IMG/VR virus record: IMGVR_UViG_3300021957_003133
Coordinates: 32,001 to 96,000 of that record
DNA: 64,000 nt
Strand: one strand, 5' to 3'
DNA from: a virus
Below, piece by piece: positions 20,667 to 30,678 of this stretch (position 1 is the stretch's first letter; the number at the start of each line of letters is the position of its first letter). The notes beneath the pieces were generated by a model. That model did not search any database. It had not been told where the DNA came from and saw only the letters and a list, made by a program, of their open reading frames with translations. Made by a program: the position numbers and the translations under genes.

Positions 20667-21617
20667 ATGGCATACACATCCGGAGGAACTATACAGGCCC
20701 AGGACTACAACTGGCTGACATGGGGAGGTAACACCAGTGGTACTTACACTGAATCAGTTAATAACCTCGCTATAATTTGGGGTCAGGGTACAGGCCAAAA
20801 AGGATACGGGCAGGATGTTAGTGCATTCAGTACAGTTTCAGCAACCAATGAAGTAACAGCGGCACAGTGGAGTGGCTTTATCTATCACCTAAATAAATCA
20901 TTAGGACACCAGTCCCAGACACAATTAGCAAATGGATCAAACATTGGTATCGTTGCTGGAGCAACTGTTGAAGCGTTTGCTAACGTACAAACAGCAGTTA
21001 ACCAAATTAACAGTACTTATTTGACACATCACGCTGTGGGTACAAAAACAACAGGTAGTAACTTAGACGAAACACTAAGTTCAACTACTGGACTAAGTAT
21101 CGGAACAAACTATGACGTAACAGTGACATTTTCTTCAACAGACGCGGCCAGATACTTCTTTAACGCAGGTGGAGAACTACAATATAGATGTAGTACATAC
21201 AATAGTGGCGGTAGTGGTAGTGAAAACTCAGTGACACGTATAGTTAACGGCATTGGTGGTGTTAACTTTAGAACTACAGACAACGGTGGACGTACTGGTT
21301 CAGGTATTACACTAAACACCAATACTACATCGATTGGTTATTACGATCTTACTACCAGTGAACAAACGTTAATTAAAGTAACTGATACTACTGCGGCATA
21401 CACTGCCAGCAATGCTAATTTGAATGTATACTACGTAGGAGCCACAACCAGAGGTGCTAAAGGAAATGTAGTTAGATTTAGATTAAATCTAGCAGTTTCC
21501 AACAAAACTTGGAACGACACTATCTCAATGGGCTTACGTCACAGAGTGGATATACAGTATCCTTCAACAACTTATTTGGCTAATGCCGCAGGCACACCGA
21601 CACCTGCGTTAGCATAA
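20667..21617 (+). CDS. Virion structural protein (fibre/baseplate-associated)
   Basis: MAYTSGGTIQAQDYN start, GYGQ and ARYFFNAGG motifs; last gene before the terminator. Confidence 0.55.
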   Translation: MAYTSGGTIQAQDYNWLTWGGNTSGTYTESVNNLAIIWGQGTGQKGYGQDVSAFSTVSATNEVTAAQWSGFIYHLNKSLGHQSQTQLANGSNIGIVAGATVEAFANVQTAVNQINSTYLTHHAVGTKTTGSNLDETLSSTTGLSIGTNYDVTVTFSSTDAARYFFNAGGELQYRCSTYNSGGSGSENSVTRIVNGIGGVNFRTTDNGGRTGSGITLNTNTTSIGYYDLTTSEQTLIKVTDTTAAYTASNANLNVYYVGATTRGAKGNVVRFRLNLAVSNKTWNDTISMGLRHRVDIQYPSTTYLANAAGTPTPALA

Positions 21618-21630
21618 TAAAACGTATACT

Positions 21631-21658
21631 AAAAGCACCTTAAGGGGTGCTTTTTTTT
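21631..21658 (+). terminator. Rho-independent terminator ending the structural block
   Basis: AAAAGCACC-ttaagg-GGTGCTTTTTTTT. Confidence 0.85.
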
Positions 21659-21676
21659 GACTCAAACTAATGGCCG

Positions 21677-21683
21677 ATAAATA
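21677..21683 (+). promoter_or_regulatory. Putative late promoter ATAAATA at the head of the tailoring operon
   Basis: gATAAATAgtagtATG directly after the terminator; no Shine-Dalgarno. Confidence 0.55.
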
Positions 21684-21688
21684 GTAGT

Positions 21689-22003
21689 ATGAGCGAAATC
21701 AATGAACTAGTAGAACAAATCAAGCAGGCAACAGATTTTCAGACTAATAAACAAATTTTACGTGAAAAGATTAAGACAGACTTACACGTAGCACACAACG
21801 GTGGTTTATTTTTAGTTTCTGTTGAACTGATAGCATTCCTTTCAACATGGAATGACGAAGAACTATTTGTAGAAGATACATACAACAATCCAATCCCCGT
21901 CAATAGACAAGAGTTTCTAACTAAATGCCAAGAACATTATCACTCAGTGATGAATACGTGGCATATTGAGTATGCAGAACTTAAACGACAACGCAAAGTC
22001 TAG
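21689..22003 (+). CDS. Hypothetical protein
   Basis: 104-aa ORF overlapping the next gene. Confidence 0.7.
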   Translation: MSEINELVEQIKQATDFQTNKQILREKIKTDLHVAHNGGLFLVSVELIAFLSTWNDEELFVEDTYNNPIPVNRQEFLTKCQEHYHSVMNTWHIEYAELKRQRKV

Positions 22004-22739
22004 AGGCGTTTTATTATTTGCCTACAACACTGACAGTGTTGACTACGTTAAAATCGCAGAACGTGCCGCACGATTGATTGAACACAATTTAAAATTACCT
22101 GTTACCATTATAACTGATATGCAGAGTCCTCAAACCAATGAGAGGATAGGGTATAAAAACGGTAGCCAATGGTTTAATGGTGATAGATATCGTGCTTATG
22201 AACTCAGTCCTTATGATGAAACTTTATTGTTAGACAGTGACTATTTGATATTTGATAACAGCTTGATTAAGATCTTAGACACAGTTGACGATTATAAAAT
22301 AATGTCAAACAACCAATCACCAACACATAGCCAAGACGGAGATATGGGTGCATTGAGTTTAGCATTTGTCTGGGCAACTGCGGTAGTATTTAAAAAAACT
22401 CAAAAAGCCAAACAGTTATTTGATTTAGTTGGTAGGATACAAAGGAACTACGAATACTACGTAAAGTTATACCACTTAAGAGAAAATAACTTCCGTAATG
22501 ATTATGCTTTTGCTATAGCCGATAACATTCTTTCAGGATATCACGCCAGTTCAGGCATACCTTGGTGTATGTTAACCATCGACCATGCAGTTAAAAAGAT
22601 TGAAACACAAAACAACAAACTGATAGTGAGAGAAGATAGCAAGGCATACATAATAACAAGACAGAATTTACACATCATGGATAAAGATTATCTATTAGGC
22701 GATAGCCATCAAAAACTGTTGGATGAAATATGTCTATAG
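21972..22739 (+). CDS. GT-A fold (GT8-like) glycosyltransferase
   Basis: LSPYDETLLLDSDY (DxD motif), RNDYAFAIA, late His; ATG at 21972. Confidence 0.6.
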   Translation: MQNLNDNAKSRGVLLFAYNTDSVDYVKIAERAARLIEHNLKLPVTIITDMQSPQTNERIGYKNGSQWFNGDRYRAYELSPYDETLLLDSDYLIFDNSLIKILDTVDDYKIMSNNQSPTHSQDGDMGALSLAFVWATAVVFKKTQKAKQLFDLVGRIQRNYEYYVKLYHLRENNFRNDYAFAIADNILSGYHASSGIPWCMLTIDHAVKKIETQNNKLIVREDSKAYIITRQNLHIMDKDYLLGDSHQKLLDEICL

Positions 22740-23581
22740 ATAGGGGATTTTTAACTATAGCACAGAACACAGACGGAGTAGACTATCTACGACTAGCATA
22801 CGCACAGGCCATGAGTATTAAGTTAACTATGCCTGGTAGTCAATATTGTGTTATTGTTGATCAAGACACTAACAAACAAATCACAGACGAGCAAAGACTA
22901 GTGTTTGATCATGTTCGAGTTCTAGACAAGGACTATGCCAAACAAGATCAGTGGAAGTTAGCTAACGAATGGCAAGTGTTTAATCTAAGTCCTTACAAAG
23001 AAACAATAAAAGTAGAAAGCGATATCTTGTTTACACGCAGTATAGAACATTGGTGGCACGCATTTAGGCTACGCGACATAGTGTTAAGTCTAGGTACACG
23101 AAATTTTAAAGGCAAACAAGCCAAGTCGAGAGTGTATAGAAAAATATTTGATGCCAATCAATTGCCGGACGTTTACAACGGATTGATGTACTTTCGTTAT
23201 AGCGAAACTGCTAGTGAATTTTTTGAGATAGCAGAACAAGTATTTAAACAATGGGAAACAGTTAAAGGAAATATATTAAAAGGGTTTAGTTATGAAGAAG
23301 CATCAACCGACGTAGTTTATGCCATCGCGGCAAAGACACTAGGAGTTGAACTATGTACATTGCCTGATTGTGATTTTATCAACTTTACTCATATGAAAAA
23401 TGCAATCAATGACTGGCCTGATGATAAATCTTGGACTGAAATGATAATGACAGAAGTAGATCTTCCAATGATACGTATTAACAATGTTAATCAATATCAT
23501 CCTGTACACTATCAAGATAAAAACTGGCTCACCGATGAAATAATTGAAAGGTATAAAGAATGTTTACACAACAAGAATTAG
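22730..23581 (+). CDS. GT-A fold (GT8-like) glycosyltransferase, paralog of the previous gene
   Basis: RGFLTIAQNTDGVDY; LSPYKETIKVESD; VYNGLMYF; STDVVYAIA; HMK; PVHY. Confidence 0.6.
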   Translation: MSIDRGFLTIAQNTDGVDYLRLAYAQAMSIKLTMPGSQYCVIVDQDTNKQITDEQRLVFDHVRVLDKDYAKQDQWKLANEWQVFNLSPYKETIKVESDILFTRSIEHWWHAFRLRDIVLSLGTRNFKGKQAKSRVYRKIFDANQLPDVYNGLMYFRYSETASEFFEIAEQVFKQWETVKGNILKGFSYEEASTDVVYAIAAKTLGVELCTLPDCDFINFTHMKNAINDWPDDKSWTEMIMTEVDLPMIRINNVNQYHPVHYQDKNWLTDEIIERYKECLHNKN

Positions 23582-23907
23582 ATCAAGCTATGAAACAATG
23601 GCCAGAGATCAATGAAGAGACCGTTGAATATAGATTACACTATGACCATACTGGTTTTATCTACATGCAGACGCTACAAAATCATCCAGAGAATACCCAG
23701 TATATTGTAGTAGACGAAACTGTTTATTTTGATACCCGAGACTATAAAATAGTTGACGGTAAGCCCAAAATCATTGACTTACCAACCGGATATCGTGTAC
23801 AATTAAAGAGTAGCAATAAAGGATATCAAGTGGTCAAAAATCATGCAGGTATCTTGTTGGAAAAAGAAACATACAACAATGTGGAATACTATGAAGAAAA
23901 TAGTTGA
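23560..23907 (+). CDS. Hypothetical protein
   Basis: 115-aa ORF overlapping both neighbours. Confidence 0.65.
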   Translation: MFTQQELDQAMKQWPEINEETVEYRLHYDHTGFIYMQTLQNHPENTQYIVVDETVYFDTRDYKIVDGKPKIIDLPTGYRVQLKSSNKGYQVVKNHAGILLEKETYNNVEYYEENS

Positions 23908-24784
23908 TATAGCTGATTTAGATTGTGTTTACCTCAGCTACGACGAACCTAAAAAAGAAGAGTTTTGGATTAAAATTTCCAATATGGTTCCTTGGGCAAC
24001 TCGTGTCGACGGAGTTAAAGGCAGTGATGCCGCACATAAAGCCGCGGCTGATTCTAGCACTACAGATAGATTTATTCTAATAGACGGTGATAACTTACCC
24101 GACACAGAGTTCTTTAATCAACAGTTGGTATTAGATGACAACAATCAAGATTGTGTATTCCGTTGGAAAGCCAAGAATAACATAAACGGATTACAGTACG
24201 GCAACGGTGGATTAAGTTGTTGGACAAAAGAGTTTATTTACAATATGAAAACTCACGAGAATACAGATGGTGATGAAGCCAATGATATAGAGTTTTGCTT
24301 TTATGAAAACTATTGGGCAATGCACGACTGCTATTCAACTACATATCCAAATGCTACACCTTTTCAGGCTTGGCGAGCAGGATTCCGTGAAGGTGTTAAG
24401 ATGTGTTTAGATAGAGGAACAAAACCTAGTCCAGCAGACTTTAAACAAAAAGCACATGACAGAAATTTGGATCACCTCAGCGTATGGCATAATGTAGGTC
24501 GAGATGTTGAAAATGGTATATGGGCTATGGCAGGTGCAAGACAAGGCACAGTAATGACTATGTTGTCAGACTGGGATCATCGAGAAGTACAATGGTTTGA
24601 CAACTTAGAAAAGATATGGAATGAAGTAGAGTCACAGGATGCTGAAACTATAGCACATGAGAACGGTACAGAACTCAGAAAATTAGAGTTACCTGCACTT
24701 AAATATGATAGCGAACAAAGTAAGTTTTTCAAACATCATTACAAAAGCGGATTTAACAATAAAGGAATAATGGAACGTGAGTAA
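23891..24784 (+). CDS. GT-A-like glycosyltransferase
   Basis: YLSYDEP, GVKGSDAAHKAAA, FILIDGDN (DxD), NGLQYGNGG, AWRAGFREGVK; likely start MKKIVDIAD. Confidence 0.5.
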   Translation: MKKIVDIADLDCVYLSYDEPKKEEFWIKISNMVPWATRVDGVKGSDAAHKAAADSSTTDRFILIDGDNLPDTEFFNQQLVLDDNNQDCVFRWKAKNNINGLQYGNGGLSCWTKEFIYNMKTHENTDGDEANDIEFCFYENYWAMHDCYSTTYPNATPFQAWRAGFREGVKMCLDRGTKPSPADFKQKAHDRNLDHLSVWHNVGRDVENGIWAMAGARQGTVMTMLSDWDHREVQWFDNLEKIWNEVESQDAETIAHENGTELRKLELPALKYDSEQSKFFKHHYKSGFNNKGIMERE

Positions 24785-26171
24785 AAGTAAATTTATGAGC
24801 TCTGCAGAAGAGATGAAGGAAAAATTAGGGCCTAGTCTCTGCCTGGCAAAATGGCAACAGGTTAGTTTACATTTACCTACTGGACTCAATAATAGCTGTT
24901 ATCATCCACCGTTGCATGAAATTGATGTAAAACCGCTAGAGTTCCATCCCAGTGCTTTGCATAATACTGTTCATAAGAAAGAGCAACGGAAAAAAATGCT
25001 AGAGGGTGAGAAACCTAAAGAGTGTAACTACTGTTGGACTATGGAAGATGCTGGACATCTGAGCGATAGACACTATCGTAGTGGTGAGCCCTGGGCCGCA
25101 GAACATTATGATAATATTGTTAACCAACCATGGGACAAAGATGTTACTCCAAGTTACGTGGAAGTAAATTTTAGTCACGGATGCAACCTTGCTTGTAGTT
25201 ATTGTAGTCCACAGTTTTCAACTGAATGGAATAAAGACATAGAACGCTGGGGTGCTTACCCGACAAAAAGTCCACATAATGACCCTATGCATTTTAAAGG
25301 ACGTCGACAACCTATACCAGTTAGAGAAAACAATCCTTATGTAGAAGCATTTTGGCAGTGGTGGCCCGAGCTATACCCTGAACTTAAACACTTCCGCATG
25401 ACAGGTGGTGAGCCTCTCATGGACAAAAACACACATAGAGTATTTGACTACATATTAAGTAGTCCTAAACCAGACTTACACGTTGATGTTACTAGTAATT
25501 TTTCAGTAGAGCCAAAACTATTTAATCGCTATATTGACAAGGTGCAACAACTTTGTACTGGAGAACGAATAGAACATTTTATGCAATATGTAAGTGTTGA
25601 CACTGGAATAGCTGAACACGCTGAATATATAAGACATGGGTTAAACTTTAAAAGATTAGAAAACAATGTGTATAGATATCTTGAAGAAGTGCCACATAGA
25701 AATAGTTTAACATTTATCTTAACCATGAACAATCTTAGCTTATTAGGACTACAAAGACAACTAGAATGGATCCTAGAACTAAGACGAGTATATAATACAG
25801 ACGGTTATCAAAAAATATGGTTTGATACACCGGTGTTAAGAACTCCGAGTTGGCAAAGTCTACAGATACTTCCAGAAAGCTATGTAGGTATATTAGAGAA
25901 TGTTATCAAATGGATGAAACTGCACAAGCTAGATGAAAACAGTGATAGATTTGACGGGTTCAAAGATTACGAAATACAGAGAATGGAACGTGATTGTGCT
26001 TGGATGAAGAAAGGTAAAAAACTAAATGAAAAATATTTACACGAAACCCGTGCAGACTTTTATAATTTTTTCAATGAATATGATAAGCGTAGGAAGATTG
26101 ACTTTTTGACAGTGTTTCCACAGATGAAAGAGTTCTGGCAGGAGTGCAAATGGCATGCCGAAAATAGCTAA
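24777..26171 (+). CDS. Radical SAM enzyme with N-terminal twitch/SPASM-like Fe-S domain (1 of 5)
   Basis: CNLACSYC, TGGEP; N-terminal CLAKW...SCYH...CNYC. Confidence 0.85.
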   Translation: MSKSKFMSSAEEMKEKLGPSLCLAKWQQVSLHLPTGLNNSCYHPPLHEIDVKPLEFHPSALHNTVHKKEQRKKMLEGEKPKECNYCWTMEDAGHLSDRHYRSGEPWAAEHYDNIVNQPWDKDVTPSYVEVNFSHGCNLACSYCSPQFSTEWNKDIERWGAYPTKSPHNDPMHFKGRRQPIPVRENNPYVEAFWQWWPELYPELKHFRMTGGEPLMDKNTHRVFDYILSSPKPDLHVDVTSNFSVEPKLFNRYIDKVQQLCTGERIEHFMQYVSVDTGIAEHAEYIRHGLNFKRLENNVYRYLEEVPHRNSLTFILTMNNLSLLGLQRQLEWILELRRVYNTDGYQKIWFDTPVLRTPSWQSLQILPESYVGILENVIKWMKLHKLDENSDRFDGFKDYEIQRMERDCAWMKKGKKLNEKYLHETRADFYNFFNEYDKRRKIDFLTVFPQMKEFWQECKWHAENS

Positions 26172-27510
26172 GGAAACAGACTTAGAGTATAAGCATAGAG
26201 TAATTGACATTAAAAGTGAAAGTTTCTGTGCGGCTAAATGGTATAACGCTACTATATGGTTGGGAAGTGGTATGACTACTAGTTGCCATCATCCGTTGCC
26301 ACACCCTATTGACATAGAAGCTATTAAAACTAATCCAAGTGCTTTACATAACACTGACAAGAAAAAACAAGAACGAGAACAGATGCAGAAAGGTGAACGC
26401 CCTAGTGGATGTGAGTACTGCTGGAAAGTAGAAGACATGGGAACTGATGCTATATCAGATAGGGTTTATAAAACAGTTATATATGAGGACAAAGAAAATG
26501 ATGAAGCTTTTAACACACCTTGTCAAGAAGATGTTAATCTTAAAACATTAGAGATTGCTTTTGATAGAACTTGTCAACTTGCTTGTAGTTATTGTAACCC
26601 TGCGTTTAGTAGTACTTGGGTTAAAGATGTTAAACGTAACGGAGCATATATTGATTTAGTTTCAGATGGTAGGAATCATTTTACTCACACGCACGACAGT
26701 AGTCAGTTGTATACTTTTAGTGAAACTAATCCTTACATTGAAGCATTCTTCAAGTGGTGGGAAACAGACTTACACAAAACATTAAATGAATTACGTATCA
26801 CTGGTGGCGAACCTCTTATGAGTGGACACACGTGGAAGTTGATTGAATGGTTTAAAACTAATCAAGGGAGATCAAAAACTAAATTAGCGATTAACAGTAA
26901 CTTGGCTATCTCTCAAGAAAAGCTCGCAGAGTTTATAGACAGTATACAATCACTTCCACACTTAGAAGTGTATACCAGTAATGAAAGTGTTGGAGCACAG
27001 TCAGAGTATATAAGAGATGGTATAAATTATCTCGAATGGTGTCAAAATATCGAAACCTTAATGGATTGTAGTTCTGTAAAAATACTACATGTGATGTTCA
27101 CTATTAACAGTCTTTGTTTAGACAGCATAACTGATCTATTAGACTATCTTATGAAACTAAAACACCGGCATGGTAAGTTCAGTCTGAGTTTTAGCTTAAA
27201 TATATTAAGATTCCCTAGTTTTCAAAGTGCTACAGTACTACCTGATGACATTAGAAATCAGTATAAAGAAAAATTACAGTCTTGGTTAGATCTAAATAAA
27301 GATGATCTAACATTACACGAGTACGAAGTAAATCATGTAGAAAGATTAGTTGATTATTTAGACATAGTTAAAACTCCGCATGCAGGTGCTGATGAAATAA
27401 CAACTCTACAGAACGATTTTAAACAGTTTTACAAACAATATGATGAACGTAGAGGAAAGAACTTTACAGAAACATTTCCTAGATTAACAGAATGGTATAA
27501 TACATTATGA
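26155..27510 (+). CDS. Radical SAM enzyme with N-terminal twitch domain (2 of 5)
   Basis: CQLACSYC, TGGEP; CAAKW...SCHH...CEYC. Confidence 0.85.
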   Translation: MPKIAKETDLEYKHRVIDIKSESFCAAKWYNATIWLGSGMTTSCHHPLPHPIDIEAIKTNPSALHNTDKKKQEREQMQKGERPSGCEYCWKVEDMGTDAISDRVYKTVIYEDKENDEAFNTPCQEDVNLKTLEIAFDRTCQLACSYCNPAFSSTWVKDVKRNGAYIDLVSDGRNHFTHTHDSSQLYTFSETNPYIEAFFKWWETDLHKTLNELRITGGEPLMSGHTWKLIEWFKTNQGRSKTKLAINSNLAISQEKLAEFIDSIQSLPHLEVYTSNESVGAQSEYIRDGINYLEWCQNIETLMDCSSVKILHVMFTINSLCLDSITDLLDYLMKLKHRHGKFSLSFSLNILRFPSFQSATVLPDDIRNQYKEKLQSWLDLNKDDLTLHEYEVNHVERLVDYLDIVKTPHAGADEITTLQNDFKQFYKQYDERRGKNFTETFPRLTEWYNTL

Positions 27511-27674
27511 GTGAAGAAATAAGCACACAACGTATTGCAATAAGTACAGACGGCGTTGAAATAGACAGCAGTCAAGGTGACTTATTGTCAGAAGCAGTCC
27601 TACTTGGCACCATTGTTATAGTAGTAGCTGTATTATACATAGGTAAGAAATGGATAGACAGGAAGTTTAAATGA
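27507..27674 (+). CDS. 55-aa single-TM membrane protein (not in the ORF track)
   Basis: MSEEISTQRIAISTDGVEIDSSQGDLLSEAVLLGTIVIVVAVLYIGKKWIDRKFK; ATGA overlaps at both ends. Confidence 0.7.
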   Translation: MSEEISTQRIAISTDGVEIDSSQGDLLSEAVLLGTIVIVVAVLYIGKKWIDRKFK

Positions 27675-28990
27675 GTGACAAAGAAACAGACGACTACTAT
27701 AAAAATCACGAGTATCACGATCGTAAACCTGTGTACATTGATGAAAAAGATTTAAGGACAGATCAATTAGATAGACTTACAAAGAGTGAAACATTCTGTA
27801 TGATCCCTTGGATACACATGCATGCATTCCCCAATGGGCAAGCATTTCCTTGCTGTCTTGCTGACAGTGATCATCCTATAGGCGACTTACATAAGAATAC
27901 TATTCGAGAAGTATGGAATGACACAGCATACAAAACAATGCGTAAGAATATGCTTGAAGAAAAGAGCTGTAAAGAATGTACTAAATGTTATGAACAAGAA
28001 GATATGGGTTTTGTTAGTATGCGTAATTCATCAAACAAATCTTTTGGACATAATATTGGAATAGTGGATGACACCAAACCAGATGGTACCTTTGATGATT
28101 TCAAACTACGTTACTATGATATTAGATTTAGTAACTTATGCAATATGAGTTGTCGTACCTGTGGTGGTTGGTTTTCTAGTTCGTGGCATGACGAAGAAAC
28201 AGCATTATATGGTAAGCGTGAGTATCCTAAATTTATGTTTGCTGGCAAAGACAAAGAAGATATGTGGAATCAATTACAAGAACACATTCCTTATCTAGAA
28301 CAAGTATACTTTGCTGGTGGTGAACCTTTGATAATGGAAGAACACTATCGCTTGTTAGATGAACTAGAAAGACAAGAGTTATTCAATGTTAGACTACAGT
28401 ATAATACTAACTTTAGTAAGCTAAAACTAAAAACAAAACATGTGTTTGACTATTGGCAGAGATTTAAAAATGTGTCAGTGGGTGCTAGTTTAGATGCCAT
28501 GGGAGCTAGAGCAGAATACATGCGTAAAGGCACAGTGTGGGCAGAAACTGTTAGTAATAGAGAACGGATGTTACAAGAATGTCCTAACACAGACTTTTAT
28601 GTTAGTAGTACCGTTAGCATTTACAACGCACTACATGTCATGGACTTCCATCGTGACTGGGTTGAACGTGGATTAATCAAAGCACAAGACTGGAACATCA
28701 ATATATTACAGGGTCCTAACAGAGACAGGATTGATGTGCTACCAAAGATTTATAAAGAACAAGTAAAAGAAAAGATACTAGAACATATTGAATGGTTACG
28801 CCCACAGGATCATTTAAATCGTGCTGTTGTTGGTTATGAAAGCATATTGACATTTATGGAAAATCAAGACCAACAAAACTTGTTACAAGAGTTCTTAGAA
28901 GTAAATGATAGACACGACGACTATAGAAAAGAACAGTTTGAAACGGTGTTTCCTGAATACAAGGAGTTAAGAACATATGTCTCTACCTAA
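27671..28990 (+). CDS. Radical SAM enzyme with N-terminal twitch domain (3 of 5)
   Basis: CNMSCRTC, AGGEP; CMIPW...PCC...CTKC. Confidence 0.88.
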   Translation: MSDKETDDYYKNHEYHDRKPVYIDEKDLRTDQLDRLTKSETFCMIPWIHMHAFPNGQAFPCCLADSDHPIGDLHKNTIREVWNDTAYKTMRKNMLEEKSCKECTKCYEQEDMGFVSMRNSSNKSFGHNIGIVDDTKPDGTFDDFKLRYYDIRFSNLCNMSCRTCGGWFSSSWHDEETALYGKREYPKFMFAGKDKEDMWNQLQEHIPYLEQVYFAGGEPLIMEEHYRLLDELERQELFNVRLQYNTNFSKLKLKTKHVFDYWQRFKNVSVGASLDAMGARAEYMRKGTVWAETVSNRERMLQECPNTDFYVSSTVSIYNALHVMDFHRDWVERGLIKAQDWNINILQGPNRDRIDVLPKIYKEQVKEKILEHIEWLRPQDHLNRAVVGYESILTFMENQDQQNLLQEFLEVNDRHDDYRKEQFETVFPEYKELRTYVST

Positions 28991-30194
28991 GAAAATATGT
29001 ATGCTACCCTGGATCAGTATCGAAACATCACCTACTGGTACAGCACGTCCTTGCTGTCTGGCTAAGGATGAAATAACAAAACCTAACGGTGAAAAATATA
29101 AGTTAAAAGAAAATACATTAGAAGAAATTTATCATTCAGACTATATGCAAAATCTAAGACAGGAGTTTTTAGATGGAAATAAACCAGAGACTTGTCAACG
29201 CTGTTGGGATGAAGAAGCCGCAGGGCGTACCAGCAAACGTGTTAACAGTCAACTACGTCTAGGACAACACTACAAGAAGATTGATTTTCATAATACTGAT
29301 CCTGATCAACTTTGGTTTTTAGATCTTAAACTAGGAAACATATGTAATTTAAAATGTCGTATATGCGGAAGTTGGTCAAGTTCAAAGTGGGCAAAAGAAG
29401 AAGTAGCATACGTTGACAAGATATGGAAAGGCGATCCTAACTATAGAAGGAAAGAACACCTAGCATTTACATATCTCAAAGACGGTGCTTGGCCTCGCGA
29501 AAGTATTGACTTTTGGGACAACTTAAAAACACTACTACCTAATATCAAATACTTTGAATTTACTGGCGGAGAACCTTTCTTGATCAAACAACATTTTGAT
29601 CTACTAGAATATGCTGTTGAAAAAGGCTATAGTAAAAACATTGAAATACATTACAATACCAATGGCACACAGTTTCCTGAGTCTGCAGAGTTGTGGGACA
29701 ATTTCAAACATGTAGAAATAGCATTCAGTATTGATAATACAAATGAACGTTTTGAGTATGAACGTTATGGTGCCAATTGGCTAGAAGTACAAGAGAATAT
29801 TAAAAAGTTTACAGCTATGCGTAGTAGTAAGATATCAACACAGCTCTGTACTACAATGAATATACAGAACGTCTACTATCTGCCAGAGCTGTGTGAATGG
29901 ATCAATACACAGCAATTTGATTTCTTGTTCTTTAATATGTTGCACGATCCTTGGCACATGTGCGTCAGTAAGATGACCCCGCAAGCACAGAAATTAGTTA
30001 TAGATAGATTGACTAATCATAACTTTGATCCTAGACACAAGATAGAAGTTATGCGTATAGTTAAGTTCATTGAACAAGGTGAAGGCAGTGACGGTATAGA
30101 GTTTTTAAGACAGATGCAGAGGACCGATGATTATAGAGAACAAAGTTTCATTGACACACATCAAGAGATAGCTAAGGCAATGGGCTATGAGTAA
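28977..30194 (+). CDS. Radical SAM enzyme with N-terminal twitch domain (4 of 5)
   Basis: CNLKCRIC, TGGEP, YNTNGT; CMLPW...PCC...CQRC. Confidence 0.88.
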   Translation: MSLPKKICMLPWISIETSPTGTARPCCLAKDEITKPNGEKYKLKENTLEEIYHSDYMQNLRQEFLDGNKPETCQRCWDEEAAGRTSKRVNSQLRLGQHYKKIDFHNTDPDQLWFLDLKLGNICNLKCRICGSWSSSKWAKEEVAYVDKIWKGDPNYRRKEHLAFTYLKDGAWPRESIDFWDNLKTLLPNIKYFEFTGGEPFLIKQHFDLLEYAVEKGYSKNIEIHYNTNGTQFPESAELWDNFKHVEIAFSIDNTNERFEYERYGANWLEVQENIKKFTAMRSSKISTQLCTTMNIQNVYYLPELCEWINTQQFDFLFFNMLHDPWHMCVSKMTPQAQKLVIDRLTNHNFDPRHKIEVMRIVKFIEQGEGSDGIEFLRQMQRTDDYREQSFIDTHQEIAKAMGYE

Positions 30195-30678
30195 TATAGC
30201 ATTAGGATGTAGCCATACCTACGGTGTAGGAGTAGAAAAAGATGAAGCTTGGCCTAATCTACTTGGGCTAGTAAATTATGGAGTTCCTGGGTGTAGTACT
30301 GATTTAATTTGTCGCACCCTGCCTAAGATTTTAGAGAAAGAACAACCAGACATTGTGTATATACTTTGGCCTGATTGGACAAGATTTGAATATCGTAAAG
30401 ATGGAGAATGGATTCAATCACATCCAACAGACAGAAACAGAATTGAATTTATGGAAAGCCACCCAGAAGAATGGCTACGAGAAAATTTTAAACAGCAGGT
30501 AGCACGAGTAAACGAATTGTGTAAAGGTATAAAAGTTAACGCAATGACATTAGATGATTTGATCCCTTTCATTGACAATGCTGATATGTGGCCGCTCAGT
30601 AAATTAGGGCACCACTATGCTCCTGAATGGCACCATTGGGTGGCAGAGATATTTGAGAAACTGAATGAAGCAACCTAA
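30187..30678 (+). CDS. SGNH/GDSL-fold protein
   Basis: GCSHTYG block I, NYGVPGCS block II, C-terminal GHHY. Confidence 0.6.
   Translation: MSNIALGCSHTYGVGVEKDEAWPNLLGLVNYGVPGCSTDLICRTLPKILEKEQPDIVYILWPDWTRFEYRKDGEWIQSHPTDRNRIEFMESHPEEWLRENFKQQVARVNELCKGIKVNAMTLDDLIPFIDNADMWPLSKLGHHYAPEWHHWVAEIFEKLNEAT

Noticed and set aside
954-21322. Many 60-130-aa minus-strand ORFs within structural genes
   Set aside because: Fully nested antisense to long, motif-bearing genes; expected from codon bias.
23774-23803. Internal sigma70-like promoter TTGACT...TACAAT
   Set aside because: 18-nt spacer, inside a coding region of AT-rich DNA; too weak to support.
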